Origin: Octopus vulgaris
Taxonomy: Eukaryota
Assembly (NCBI GenBank): GCA_951406725.2
Contig: OX597837.1
Location: 44,640,001 to 44,704,000, forward strand
Direction: 5' to 3'
Length of the DNA stretch: 64,000 nt
Shown: piece after piece, positions 24,612 through 39,174 of the stretch
How positions within the stretch are numbered: position 1 is the first letter of the stretch
Layout: each line of letters begins with the position of its first letter
The notes under the pieces: generated by a model
Database searches by the model: none
Told to the model about the DNA's origin: nothing
Seen by the model: the letters and a program-made list of their open reading frames with translations, nothing else
Program-made: the position numbers and the translations under genes

Positions 24612-24813
24612 GCACGTGTGTACATACATATTTGTGGGTACAAACAAAATGGACGCATAACTATGTAAATACGAACACAATAAATGACTGTATGCAAGAA
24701 TTTTTAAGCTTGCACATATTTCTGTGCGCCTGAGCGAGCGAGTATGTATACGTGTGTATGCATATATATATGTGTGTGTGTGCGCGTAAGTTGGTGTGAG
24801 TGCTGTATGCACT

Positions 24814-24844
<31 letters not shown>

Positions 24845-24974
24845 TCCCTAATTAGGTTTGTTTCTTTTCAGTACATGACCGTTACACCGAGGTGAGAGTT
24901 TAGAGAAACTAGTTAGAAAGTAAGAGTTACAGTAATACTATGCCCTGTGTAGGTGGTGGTGGTGGTGGTGGTGG

Positions 24975-25005
<31 letters not shown>

Positions 25006-25489
25006 GGTGGTGGTGGTGGTGGGGATGGTAGAGATATTTTTTCAAGAGCGAAAGTGACGTGGTGGTGGTGGTAGTGGTGGTGGTGGTGGTGATGGTGGTG
25101 TGGTGGTGGTGATGGTAGAGATATTTTCTAGAGAGAAAGTGAGGTGGTTTTTGGTGGTGGTGGGTACGCTTGGTGGGAGGACCTACACGAACAAGAAAAC
25201 AGTACCATCATTTGGGCAAACATCATCTGGACGTTTCAGTAAACAGACAGATGTTTACTGTACATGATGTGAATGACGCCATAGAAGAAAAAAGATTTTT
25301 AAAAAAAGGGGCTGAAATCTCATCTCTGAATATCGTTGGAGAAACGTGACAATTTAAAGATAAAGCGAAGAAACGGTTGGAGCTTGAGTGTGGTCCGCAA
25401 GACTCGCTAGAAACTGCAGCGAAATGCTTTGTTAATATTCTTTCTGCTATAGGCGCAAGGACTGAATATTTTGGCGGGAATGGTCAAGT

Positions 25490-25890
25490 TGAGGTTGATG
25501 GTTTGTTTGTTTGTTTGTTTGTCTGTTGAGCGAAGCGGCCTTCGTCCCAGTGGGAAAAGTCCGAAACGTGGTTCTTTGCTATTCGTAAGACCCGCAGAAG
25601 AGAAAGCAGGCCAACCCCCGACACCGAGAGCATCGACGGATGGATGAATGCGCATCCAGACTCAGCGGTTGCGTAGGAAGTCGGGGAGGACAAGAAACAG
25701 GAAGAAAGAGCGAGAGAAAGTTGGAGCGAAAGAGTAGAACAGGGGTCGTTGCCACCACCTGCCGGAGCTTCGTGGAGCTTTAGGTGTTTTCGCTCAATAA
25801 ACACACACAACGCCCGGTCTGGGACTCGAAACCGCAATCCTCCGACTGCGAGTCCGTTGCCGTAACCATTGTGCCATTGCGCCTCCACTT
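25490..25890 (-). mobile_element. tRNA-derived SINE family D (related sequence at 63900-64000)
   Basis: Minus strand gtggaggcgcaatggcacaatggtta...ggtttcgagtccc head, (AAAC)n tail. Confidence 0.75.
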
Positions 25891-28107
25891 GAGATTGATG
25901 GTCAACCTCAGCCTTAATTGATACGTAACCCTTTCTCGCATTCAGATTATTCTGGCAAAAGTAATTCTTATTTATCCACGTTGTTTTGAATTAATCATGA
26001 ATTATCTCGTAGCTTCGAAAATTTAACGATGTGATTGCTTATTTTTAGAATGGCATTGTAGAGAAAGCGTGAGAGACCAAATGTGATTGGTTTGAACATA
26101 AATCAAGTAAAAATTCTGGACCAGATATGGCCGGTTTAAATGCTATTGACTTCAAAATGAAAGGAAAAGTCAACCTCGGTGGAATTTGAACTCAGAACAT
26201 AAGGACGGACGAAATGCAGCTAAGCATTTCGTCCGGCGAGCTAACATGTAGTAAAGAAATAGAGAGGACATATAGACACACATACATATATATATATATA
26301 CATATATACGACGGGCTTCTTTCAGTTTCCGTCTACCAAGTCCACTCACAAAGCTTGGTCGGCCCGAGGCTATAGTAGAAAACACTTGTCCAAGGTGCCA
26401 CGCAGTGGGACTGAACTCGGAATCATGTGGTTGGTAAGCAAGCTACTTACCACACAGCCACTAGATAAGAAAACTAGAAAACAGATTCGAAAGAAGCATA
26501 AAAATATGATACATATATCTTTTCTCTTTTACAATCTACTAAGAAAGTGGGTATTTCAGTTTTACAGAGCTTTTGAAATATAAACAATTGTAAAAGATAA
26601 TGTTTCTGCTTCGTATAGAAATCTAGACGGGCGGAGTCACAATCACTTCTTTGATAACAAAGAGGAACAATGGTTTAAACATTGGACCCATTTATTTTCT
26701 ATTCGTAGGTTATATTGTGCACGTATATCACGTGTGCAGCATGTGTGCAGCATGTGTGCAGCATGTGTACAGCAAGTGTACAATAGAACAAAAAACTCTG
26801 TCGGCTTATCATTACAGAAACAGTAAAAAATGGGTCACATTGATACAAAGTCATGTTCGCAGTAACATGAAATAAACCACGAAGAAACAAACAAAAACAA
26901 AACAAAAACGAACAAGCAAACAAACAACCAACCAGGGATGACAACAGGTTTTTCGAGATATGGATGGACACGGAAGACAACACCAAAAAACAACAACCTC
27001 CATCACAGATACAAACCAGAAGTGACCTACTTCCAACAAGTTCTAAAACTAAGGTGAAATAATCATTTCTACTCTAGATACAAGGCTAGAAATTTTTAGG
27101 GAGTGGGCCAGTCGATTAGAAGCACCCCAGCACGCAACTAGTACTTTATTTATCGATCCCGAAAGGATGAAAGGCAAAGTCGACCTCGGCAGAATTTGAA
27201 CTCAGAACGTAGCAGCAAACGAAATACCTACTTCTTTACTAGCCACAAGGGGCTAAACACAGAAAGGACAAACAAGGACAGACAAACGGATTAAGTCGAT
27301 TGCATTGACCCCAGTGCGTAACTGGTACTTAATTTATCGACCACGAAAGGATGAAAGGCAAAGTCGACCTCGGCGGAATCTGAACTCAGAACGTAGCGGC
27401 AGACGAAATACATATTTCTTTACTACCTACAAGGGGCTAAACACAGATGGGACAGACAGAGGGATTAAGTCGATTACATCGACCTCAGTGCGTAACTGGT
27501 ACTTAATATATCGACCCCGAAAGGATGAAAGGCAAAGTCGACCTCGGCGGAATTTGAACTCAGAACGTAACGGCATACGAAATACTACTAAGCATTTCGC
27601 CTGGCGTGCTAACGGTTCTGCCAGCTCGCCGCCTTGCCAATGGTGGTGATATTGTTGCTGTTATAGTTGTGGAAGCTGATAGTGGTGCCGGTGGTGGGGA
27701 TGGTGCCTGCCAGTCTGTGGTTGCGGAGGTGGTTGTGGTTGTTCCCTGCCCACTTCCAGCACTGTCATCCTCTGTGTCTCCCATGTTTAATCTTCATAAG
27801 TCAAAGGGTGTACTTCACTGACTAACCTAATGACCCTTCAGACCAATATATACAGCTCCGAACCGCCCCCCACCACCACAAATACATACATACATATAAA
27901 CATGTGTGTGTATTATATATATATATATATATATAATGAAGGGTGAAATTAATTAATTTGGAATAATTATCAATTACACCAAGTAGTCTTCGGCATGTAA
28001 AAGCCTCATTCGAGGAAAATTTAAGAAATACTAAGCAATAAAGGGTTTAGCAACGAATTGCCTTACCACATACCGAATTTAGAAATAGCAGTCAAAGGGT
28101 TATAGCT

Positions 28108-28149
<42 letters not shown>

Positions 28150-28248
28150 TAGATAGATATATCTTATATTATATATATATTATTATATATATATATGTAT
28201 ATAGCTACTTCGGAGTAATCTTTATTTTTAATATTGTCAATATATATC

Positions 28249-28317
<69 letters not shown>

Positions 28318-28565
28318 GTGTGTGTGTGTGTATGTATGTATATGTATGTTCTTTTAATCTTTTATTTGCTTCAGTCATTTAGCTGCGGCCTTCCTAGAAC
28401 ACCGCCTTCAACGGTTTTAGTTGAATAAATCGATCCCCCAGGGCTTATTTCTTAAGCCTAGTACTTATTCCATCGGTCTATTTTGACTAACTGATAAGCT
28501 TGCAGCTTCATAAAAAAATTTTTTTATTGCCTGTGATACACACACACACACGCATACACACATGC

Positions 28566-28614
<49 letters not shown>

Positions 28615-28619
<5 letters not shown>

Positions 28620-28851
28620 ACAATCAAGGAACGGCCATAATAGGCCATTCACCCACTAGAAATAACAGCCAAAGCTTCAACCGCAAATAAAAATTAATTC
28701 CGTAAACCAGGAGAAAATTTAAAAAACATTTACCCTGTAATTTTTTTAAATTTTCTCCTGGTTTACGGAATTAATTTTTATTTGCGGTTGAAGCTTTGGC
28801 TGTTATTTCTAGTGGGTGAATGGCCTATTATGGCCGTTCCTGATTGTTGAT
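28615..28851. repeat. near-perfect fold-back hairpin, arms about 110 bp, next to (TA)n
   Basis: atcaacaatcaaggaacggccataataggcc...aaaatttaaaaaa pairs with ttttttaaatttt...ggcctattatggccgttcctgattgttgat. Confidence 0.92.
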
Positions 28852-28951
28852 GTTGAACTTAAAAATGGTCTATGACTATTTAATTTTTTCCCACTAGGCC
28901 GCTGGTGGCAAAAGAATTCTACAAAATTTTTTTTTTTGCCACCCTATATTG

Positions 28952-29006
<55 letters not shown>

Positions 29007-29164
29007 CTATATTTATACATATATATATATATAGCAAAATTTAGATTCAGATGAATATGGTACGTAAGTTGAGGCACCAGAATTTAGTTCGGTATTATCC
29101 ATACAATTTCAAAGTAAGGTGATTAAAATGAAAATAAGCAACAAGGGTATCGAGAGGTAATGCT

Positions 29165-29249
29165 GCAGTACGATCGTTTCATGCAACTCCATTTAATTGA
29201 ACAATGCATTCATTATATCAATTTAAAATGTAGCGCAATCTTCAGCTTC
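29165..29249 (-). ncRNA. type I hammerhead ribozyme motif (stems partly decayed)
   Basis: Minus strand: gaag-CTGAAGA-ttgc...gcat-GAAAC-GATC-GTA-ctgc. Confidence 0.7.
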
Positions 29250-29887
29250 TATATATATTTTCATAGATACAGTGTTCCAAACACATATATACACAGCTGA
29301 TGAAACAATTTTAATTTCTTTTGCGATTTAACCCATTAGAGATAATGAACAGAAGCAGGCTAAGTTTTAAAGAAAGGAAATTAATGCAAAAGGAAATTCG
29401 AGAATGCACTCAAAATGCACAGAATATTTAGTTGGGTGTTTCAAACAAATCTACCAACGTGACTTAACATGACTCGAATTAGAAATAAGTCTGAAGGGTG
29501 TGGAACTTCTCAGAGTGTACACAAGAAGAATACCAGAAGACTGTGGTGATCGACGAACCCCACAAAACAAGGGAGGGTGCTACGCTTATGATACACTGAG
29601 GGTACCATAAATGTATTGCCAAAGGCTGGAAAGTCTGTGCAGCAAAAGACAACTACGCCAGTGTTCAACTGGTACTTATTTCCTCGACCTCGAAAGGATG
29701 AAAGGCAAAGTCGAGCTCGACGGTATTTGAACTCAGAACGTGAAGGCAGACGAGATGCTGCTAAGTATTTTGCCCGAAGTGCTAATGTTTCTGCCAATTC
29801 GCTTCCTTAGTTTGTATGAGTGTTTAGTAAGATAGCGGTGTGAGCGGGTGATGCAGGAGAAATTTCCCGGAAACTAACAAATGGTGA

Positions 29888-29888
<1 letters not shown>

Positions 29889-29942
<54 letters not shown>

Positions 29943-30132
29943 TGAGAAGAAGAAGAAGAAGAAGAAGGAGGAGGAGGAGGAGGAGGAGAAAAAGAAGAAG
30001 AAGGAGGAGGAGAGGAGAAGAAGTAGAAGAAGGAGGAGGTGGAGGAGGAGGAAGAGAAGAAGAAGGAAAGAAGAAGAAGAAGAAGAAGAAGAAGAAGAAG
30101 AAGAAGAAGAAGAAGAAGAAGAAGAAGAAGAA
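29889..30132. repeat. (TAA)n-(GAA/GAG)n compound trinucleotide repeat
   Basis: Read directly. Confidence 0.95.
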
Positions 30133-30285
30133 TGAAAGTGAGGTGTTATCCCTAAATTCTCGTAAACTTTGTTGTATCATTTTGAAACTGTCAGCAAACA
30201 CACTTTTTGTTAGCCTCGTGTAAATAGACATATGGTTATGTAAACGTTCGGTACACGTAGCGGCGGGGGGTCGACTTACACACAG

Positions 30286-30322
<37 letters not shown>

Positions 30323-30808
30323 TACACACGCACAGGCGGCCGCTCGGTAACATAGGCTCACCTCTGCATGTATAATACTGTTACATAGTCAAAAGTATAC
30401 CCACAGATTTTGGTACCCAAGTACACAGAAGCACAAATTGAGGTATACAAGTACGTATACATATATACATACATGCACACGCATACATACACACATTCGA
30501 TGCATAACTGCATACATACCTACACGCACGCACACACACAAGTGCGCGCACTCACACCCATACATATACGCACAAACACATGTATACATGTATATACAAT
30601 GTCTTTGACAGTTTACTTGCTTCATTCATTGCATTGCGGCCATGCTGGTGCACCATCTCCAGGTATTTGGGTCGAACGAATCGACACCAGTACTTGTTTG
30701 TTTTCAAGCCTGGTACATATTCTACCGATGTATATTTGCCGAACCGTTAAGTTACCGGAGGCCTAAACACACCCACACCGGTTGTCAAGCAGTGGTGGCG
30801 GACAAACT

Positions 30809-30886
<78 letters not shown>

Positions 30887-32232
30887 GGACGGGTTTCTTT
30901 TAGGTCCCGACTACCAAATCCCAAAACCTTTGGTTGGCCATGCAGTGGGACTGAAACCGCAACCATGAGATTGGACGCCAACCCTTATGAATAAATATAT
31001 ACATATATACCTGTGTATACATGTGCATACATATATACAAGCATACAGATGCATGTATTCTTTAAATACTAATTGCATTTCTGCTTATATGAATGTACAT
31101 ATTCCTACACTTAGAGGTGTATACACTCTGACATATATACATACATACATACCTACATACATACTTATATACATACATACATACATACATGCATACATGC
31201 ATACATACATACATGCATACATACATACATACATACATACATACATACACACATACATATATATATATACATATACATACATTCATACATATATATATAC
31301 ACACACACATATATCTGTTGTGTGTGTATCCATGTATATATATGTGCATATATATATATATATATACACATATATACATATATATATATATGTATACATA
31401 TATAAATATATATATACATATATATACATATATATATATGCATATATATACATATATGTATATATATATATACATATATGTATATATATATACATATATC
31501 TGTTGCGTGTGTATCCATGTATATATGTATATTCTCATACATACATACACAGATAAACGCATACATCTATACATGCGTGCATACACACCTACAAAAATAT
31601 ACACACATACATAAATACACACGTACATACACACATACATACACATAGAGAGCGGCACGCATGCAAACGCGCATACATACATTCATATATGTGTATGCGT
31701 ATATTCGCATATACACGCACACACAGATATGTACTCCCATGCATATACACACGCATTCGTAGCCCCTGCCTTATACCTTTGTGCACTCTTAAGCAAGGTA
31801 TTATTTAATCAGGATTCAACTCGTGTCAAAAGTATTGACGTCATCCAACGGCGTGGAACTGGTTTGGGATTTCGGATCTCTTAAATGCAAGACAAATATT
31901 TGGACTGACACCAGACGTCACCACAAGGGGAAAGGAAAGGAAAAAGGGAAGACAAGAGATAAAATATTTAAAAAAAAACGAAATAAAATAAATATATTTA
32001 AAAAATAAATAAACAAAACGTGTTTGTGTCCCCATTTTGAATAGTTTGGCAGTTGTAATTCTTGGACTGTGCTGAAGAGACAAGGAATTGTTTCGCAAGA
32101 AGCTTCTTTTTCAATAGAACAAGAACATTTTGGAATATTAAGGTAATGACGTTGCTTTATTTATGAATTATAAGCAGATTTATAGTTATATGTGAATATA
32201 TGTAAATATCTACCAACATAAATGCATATACA

Positions 32233-32271
<39 letters not shown>

Positions 32272-32618
32272 GTACTCCTTACTGTTGATTGACTTGATTC
32301 AGTTTTTATACATATATATATATGTGTGTGTATGTGCGCGGTGTGTGTATGTATGTATTTATGTACGTATGCATGTATGTATATATGTGCTCACACATCC
32401 ATAGGTGCAGGTATATGTGTTGCTGAATATGTGGATTTGACTCATAAATGTATGCACAAATATATATTTGCATATCTTTCATTTTTGTTGCTTTTTTCTT
32501 GTTTATAATCATCCCGCATTATCTTATGGTTAATACCATATAAATTTCTGGTGCATCTAAGTTAAGTACCGCATTCATGTGAATTCAACAGAACTCACTT
32601 GAATCTTAATTGCTTATA

Positions 32619-32692
<74 letters not shown>

Positions 32693-33654
32693 TGTATATA
32701 CATACATGCATACATACATTCTATGCACAGACACATACACACACACACACACGTCAATGAAACCAAAGTAGGCATCCAACATGATCTCTCAGCCTTTTAG
32801 AGCACTGTAAGCCCTGACTTGTTACCCCACAAGAGTTTCTCTATGTCTTTGTGTATAGGCATTGTAGGCTTACGATGTTTGCGACCCGTTTCTAAATTCT
32901 ATCTTGTAAGACTTTGAATAAGTGTTATCTATCATAATTTGTGTTGCAATTGTGTCACAATTTTGTGATCCTTAGAAGGATCTATTCCTGTCTGTGTGTA
33001 GGTATAATATGTCGACCCATTCAACATTCCCATCAGGCGTTAGGTTTCTTTCGCGAAATCCATTCTATTGTAAACATTCAATGATTTTGGATAAATTCTT
33101 CGCTCTTTGCCACAGATCTTGAAAGCTCTGAGCGAGTTCGTAAGAGCTGTCTTTTGCCTTCTGAATAACCATAAAAAAAGACAGTTAAGTTAACGCTGAA
33201 TGTCCCTGTCGGAAGCGAGGTATCATAAAATGGGAATTTCAGTGCAGTATCTGAAACTTCTTTGACTCTGGTGTACGGAACTAAAATTCTTCAATCGAAA
33301 AGTATGCAATTTAAAGGCATCCAAAGTCAAGGTGAAGATGACTTCTGCAAATCGCTAAACTTCTTTAGGGTGCCGAGCTGGCAAAATCCTTGGTACGTCC
33401 GGCAAAGTGCTCAGTGGCATTCCTTCCATTGCATTCTCTGAGTTCAAATTCTGCTGAGGTCGACTTTGCCTTTCGTCCTATCGGGGTAATCGACCGACCA
33501 GTTGAGCACTAAGGTTGATTTAATCGACTTAATCCCGTTTCACGAAATTACTGGCCTTTTTATCAGAATGTAAAACCAATTGTTCAGCGTCTTAAACATG
33601 GAATACTATTAATCGTACTATTAATTTTATACTATTAATACTATTAATTTTTGG

Positions 33655-34253
33655 GCGCAAGCGAGCTGGCAGAAACGTTAGCACGCCGGGCGAAATACGT
33701 AGCCGTATTTCGTCTGCCGTTACGATCTGAGTTCAAATTCCGCCGAGGTCGACTTTGCCTTTCATCCTTTCGGTGTCGATAAATTAAGTACAAGTTACGC
33801 ACTGGTGTCGATGTAATCGACTTAATCCGTTTATCTGTCCTTGTTTGTCCTCTCTGTGCTTAGCCCCTTGTGGGTAGTAAAGAAATAGGTATTTCGTCTG
33901 TCTTTACGTTGTGAGTTCAAATTACGCCGAGGTCGACTTTGCCTTTCATCCTTTCGGCGCCGATAAATTAAGTACCAGTTACGCACTGGGGTCGATATAA
34001 TCAACTTAATCCGTTTGTCTGTCCTTGTTTGTCCCCCTCTATGTTTAGCCCCCTGTGGGTAGTAAACAAATAGGTATTTCGTCTGTCTTTACGTTGTGAG
34101 TTCAAATTACGCCGAGGTCGACTTTGCCTTTCATCCTTTCGGCGCCGATAAATTAAGTACCAGTTACGCACTGGGGTCGATATAATCGACTTAATCTCTT
34201 TGTCTGTCCTTGTTTGTCCCCTCTATGTTTAGCCCCTTGTGGGCAATAAAGGA
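33655..34253 (+). mobile_element. SINE family A tandem trimer
   Basis: Units restart at gtatttcgtctg at 33705, 33889 and 34074 (period about 185 nt). Similar multimers at about 27070-27635 (-), 45465-45810 (+) and 62487-62893 (-). Confidence 0.9.
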
Positions 34254-35600
34254 ATACTATTAATCGTACGCTGATGATATCGCAAGATAAACGGTAATTG
34301 GTGGCTGTTTGAGAACTATGCTTTATTCATACATTTATCATTAAAATACGTGAAGGCCTTCGGCCCCGTGGTTAAAATGTTGCACTCACGATTGAAAGAT
34401 CGTGTTTTCGACTCCCGGTCCGGGCGGTGTGTCGTGTTTTTGTGAAAAACGCTTCATTTCACGTTGTTCTGCGATCAAATCGATATCTGGCGTGTGGCAC
34501 ACTGTGCACTTGTAAAGAGAATATCGATTTTTTTTGAGGAAGTGAAGTAATGTACAGCCCAGACATTTGATCACTAGAAGCGAATCATCTACAGAAACCC
34601 TCATCTGTAATTTACGATAGGAGAGTCAACGATCGGTGAAATAAAATGGTACGTTTTGAAGTCCTTTTCACTAATATGTGCAACGTTTATGCATGCTGCC
34701 TTAATCAAAGACTTAATTGCAGCAACTTAATCATTCTTTTACTAGTAAATGATTTATAATTGCCGTGCAAACTATTGAAGTGACTTTCGAACGTAAAACC
34801 TCTTCGCAGTCACAATTCGCTTCGATTTTATCTCTTTTTTCCAGCTCGTTCATCACTGTATAATTGCCGAGATTTATAATTTTCCGAAGAAAGGAGCCAA
34901 AACGACCACTGTTCTTTATTGATTCCAAACAATGTGTTCAATATTGATTCCAAACAATGTGGCGAGCTGACAGAAGCGTTTGCACGCCGGGCGAAATGCT
35001 TAGCGTTATTTCGTCTGTCTTTACGTTCTGAGTTCAAATTCCACCGAGGTCGACTTTGCCATTCATCAAATCAATGGTTTGATATCTTTTACTTGATTCA
35101 GATATTAAACTACAGCCATGCTGTGGCATCGCCTTGAAGTGTTTGGCCAAACAAAATAAATCCAGAAAATTACTATTTTTAAATCTCAAAACGAGAGATA
35201 TTCAGCAGCAGTACTTTGGAGCAAAGATTGTTTACTAACATAACATGGCGATCCTGGTTTAGGACGAATGTTGCTGTAATTTAGCCCCAGGAGATATCGT
35301 CTCCAACTGGCTATACGACACAATCTGTGTTCTTATATTTTCAAACAAGGGACACAAGTGTGTATATGTATGTGTTTTTGCGCGTGTCTTTATGTGTGTG
35401 TGTGAAAGCGTTTGCGCGAATATATACATTACATGTCGGCGTAGGAGTGGCTCTGTGGTAAGAAGCTTTCTTACCAACCACATGGTTCCGGTTTCAGTCC
35501 CACTGCGTGTCACCTTGGGCAGGTGTCTTCTACTATAGCCTCGGGCCGACCAAAGCCTTGTGAGTGGATTTGGTAGACGGAAACTGAAAGAAGCCCGTTG

Positions 35601-35673
<73 letters not shown>

Positions 35674-35897
35674 ATGTAGATGTTTGTGTCTGTGTTTGTC
35701 CCCCAACATCGCTTGACAACCGATGCTGGTGTGTTTACAATTAAATGACTGAAACAAGTAAAAGAGTAAAAGAGTATGTGTGTGTGTTGGTCGGCTGAGT
35801 GTATATTTCTTAGCGCTAGTATGTTTACGTATATAAGTATGCCATTGTGTATATGTGTATATATTAGTGTTTATGGTAATGTATATATGTTTGAGTG

Positions 35898-35932
<35 letters not shown>

Positions 35933-36274
35933 GTTCTTGCTAGTTGATGTGTATTTATGCATACGTGTGTCTATGTATGTGTGCTTGTGTGTGTATGCGC
36001 ACATGTATTTATGAGTATGTATATTTCCATGTACATCTGTCTGTGTGTACGTATGTATATTTATGCTTGTGTGTGAGTATGTACACGTGTATGTGCGTAT
36101 TTGTGTGCGCGCGCATGTTTGTGTGAGTGCGTGTTTGTGTATGTGTGTCCACGCGCGCGAATATGGATGTGAACATATTTGCTTCCAGCCGTAAATCTCT
36201 ATACTGAGCGACCCCAAAGAAACGCGATCTGCTCCTGCTTCTGTGTCAACAGGGATTCGATAGATACACACAAA

Positions 36275-36450
36275 CGGTGGCCAATGAGAAGACGGAAATA
36301 TTTAGGAAATCGCCGTGATGACGTCAGCAAAGATGTACATACGTCATCGGTCAATATTGGATCTCTCAACGACCATGAGAGCCGTACAACGCTTCTCGAT
36401 CATTGATTGGTTGACACAAAAGGCGCCATATCAATCTCTTTGACGTCATA
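36275..36450. promoter_or_regulatory. candidate CRE/CCAAT regulatory cluster upstream of the cadherin
   Basis: TGACGTCA at 36319 and 36441, ACGTCA near 36341, CCAAT at 36281, ATTGG at 36356 and 36406, in a CpG-richer non-repetitive island. Confidence 0.45.
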
Positions 36451-38977
36451 ACTTTAGCTTATATTTTATTCTATTTTATTGGTATTGTTGTTGTTATTTG
36501 AGCTACAAGTAGAGTGGAGGATGGGGGGAGCACTTTAACGTTCAATCCTTGGCCCCTTCCCTTCTTGGTAGTCCTTAAAGACGAGGGTCTGTGGCTTTAA
36601 TTTTCTATATTTTGTCTTTTACTTGTTTCGGTCATTGAAGTGCGGCCAACCTGGGACACCATCTTGAAAGAATTTAGTCGTACAAATCAACACAGGTTGC
36701 CAAGCGCTGGGGGGAGGGGGTCAAACAAGTACACACACACGCACACACACATACACATACACACACACACACACAAACACACACACATATGAGAATTTGT
36801 TTGTGGGTTTGAAGATGCATGGACGGGCGTCCCGTTCTGAAGTCTGCCCTCGACCACTTACATACACACCTTGGAAGCCGAGTAGCGGACCCAATGAGTC
36901 CTAGAACCCGAGACAGTAGCGTCCAGGAGTTGATATTGATGATGAATATTGGTAGAGAGCAAGTTGAATTGTCCATTAAGCAAAATAAGCACGTACATAG
37001 GGCTTTAAGGGAAGTGGAGGACCTCAGAAATGGTAAATAGTCTACAGCACAAAAGAAATCTCTCTAAATTTGCTAAAATAATATTTGAAGTGGTTTATAT
37101 GATCGGAAATATAATTTCGAAGTGTTTATGGTGTTACAGTGAGGATCTGATCAAAGATTTTGGAATTTAAAAAAAAGGGGAATAGGAGAAAACACTTTAA
37201 ATATAAATAAAGTTGAAGTATACGAAAATAAACATTATTGTTCATCTTACTGTAAGTTTTGTTTCATTTTGAAAAAGTAAAAATTTATTTTATGGTTGAT
37301 TATTTTTTTATATTTTGAATGGCATATATAAGGGGGCACTACAATCTTTTAAGTGCTTAATGCCTCTATGTGTCTTAATCCAGCGTTGGTGCGAAGAAGG
37401 TTGAGATTATCATAAAACAAGAATAGAGTAAATTCCGTTAAAAGAATCCAAGGAGCAGCAGGTGATAATGCTAAACCAGATTATGGATTAAGATAACCAT
37501 CTTATAATCCAGAACACAAAGAACTGGAACAAATACCACAAGGTATCTGGTCTCAAACTCTTAAAATTTTGCCAATCCACCACTGTTTTACTTTATCGAC
37601 TGCTATTTTTGTAACGGTTGCCTGTCCATCGGATGATTAAAACTTACATTTTTATTTTTATTCGAAACTACTTTTACGTATCCCATTGTTTTTATCACTA
37701 CGTCAGTGAAAATGGAAATAAAATACTTAAAGCAACAGTCGTTAAATACAAAAGCCAAAGAACTGCTAATTGTTTAAATTTCAATCGCAAAATTCACTTT
37801 TGAGATAAAACTGCGTTCAGTCTGGCCTATAGGTGTCAACATGAATGCAAAAAGTTTAAGGTTATTTATGATGTCCGATTCCACTTGAAGTTGAATATAT
37901 ATTGTGTTAAGATTCGTTATCAATCAATTATCCTTACTGAGAAGAAACAGTCAAAAGTAACCACCACATACAATCACCAAACATCTCCACTGCTTAACAC
38001 CGTCCAAGTTAACCCTTTTCACCTTTACATCTGACATGAAAAACTAAGGAAAAAACAGAAAAAAATTATTGCTATTAAAACGCGTAAAATATTGGGGTTA
38101 ATAATCTTAATCTTTAGTTACAGTTTCTCATTCAAACTACATAAAAGGCAGAATTGTCGGATCTTTGTAATGCATTCTCCTAAAGCTTTTACAGCTGCAT
38201 AAAATTAATCGACCAATGTTCGGTATTACTTCATTAAACAAGCTGAACAGATCAACATTATTACATAATTTTTAAAAAATCACAATTCAGTCATTTCTAT
38301 ACAATAATTTTGCTGCTTCTAAATTGCTGACGTGTTTCATTCCAAGTCTTTCACTTTGAGTCATGTCTTTGAAACACCCTTTACTTTTAGTCCGTGTGAC
38401 AAGTTCACAGTGCACCGCCGAATAAGTAAAAATAACAAATGCTTCTTTCATCAAAAGATCGCATCCACCCTAACCAAAAGTAACAACCCCTTACAATCAC
38501 CAAACATCTCCGCAACTTAACACCGTCAATTGGACGTGGTGGGGTGCGTTTGCTAGTATATATATAATACATACATAGACATACAAATATATGCTTGAGA
38601 ATACGTATATAAAACAAAACATAAAAACCTCCACATGCACTGACGCCAAGTACTCTAAATATACATAAATACATGCAAAGCTACCCTGTTCATGTTCTGT
38701 AAATACCAATGAAGGAGCCTTGAATATAGACTAGAAGTGATTCTTTCTCTATTGGCAAGAAATCTTGAAATGAAACTAAATGACATATGCATATAATGTG
38801 TGTGTTTATTCATGTTTGTGTATGTGTTAGTGGAACTTATGGTTATATATTTCCATTCTTATTCAGGAACCTCTCAGTCTTCAGCCAATCAACCGATTGA
38901 TAACCAACCAACACCGGCTACCAATCTTCATTAAGTGAGTTCAACAACCGTCCAGAAACGCATAAGAAAACATCAGA

Positions 38978-39038
38978 ATGGAAAGATTTCTTTGGCCCCT
39001 GATATTAATGTTGTTTGGATTGGGTTCCTATGCAGTGT
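38978..39038 (+). CDS. PCDH15/CDHR5-like cadherin coding exon 1 (signal peptide)
   Basis: ATG at 38978, MERFLWPLILMLFGLGSYAV, GTAAGT donor, phase 1. Upstream acceptor attcag at 38866 suggests an earlier non-coding exon. Confidence 0.8.
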
Positions 39039-39174
39039 GTAAGTGTTTCTTTATTGTTGCTTTGTATAGTTCCTGGAATGGAAACCCATGTACTCAGATA
39101 TGTAGTCATAGATATAAGGTCACGAATTTACGTGTGTATGCTACACATCCTTGAAGGATACCCATATATGTACA

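Noticed and set aside
24872-24891. Possible 20-nt micro-exon (ttttcag...GTGAGA)
   Set aside because: No partner exons or homology; such sites are expected by chance.
27305-27649. Recurring ORF RNWYLIYRPRKDERQSRPRRNLNSER
   Set aside because: Antisense translation of SINE family A, not a protein family.
29824-30231. Poly-N/K/E/R ORFs
   Set aside because: Compound trinucleotide repeat with no splice or homology support.
32760-33170. Possible LINE-derived coding remnant on the minus strand
   Set aside because: Too degraded to assign by eye.
33655-34253. Regularly spaced repeats resembling a CRISPR array
   Set aside because: Whole SINE units in tandem with no unique spacers and no cas genes, in a eukaryotic context.
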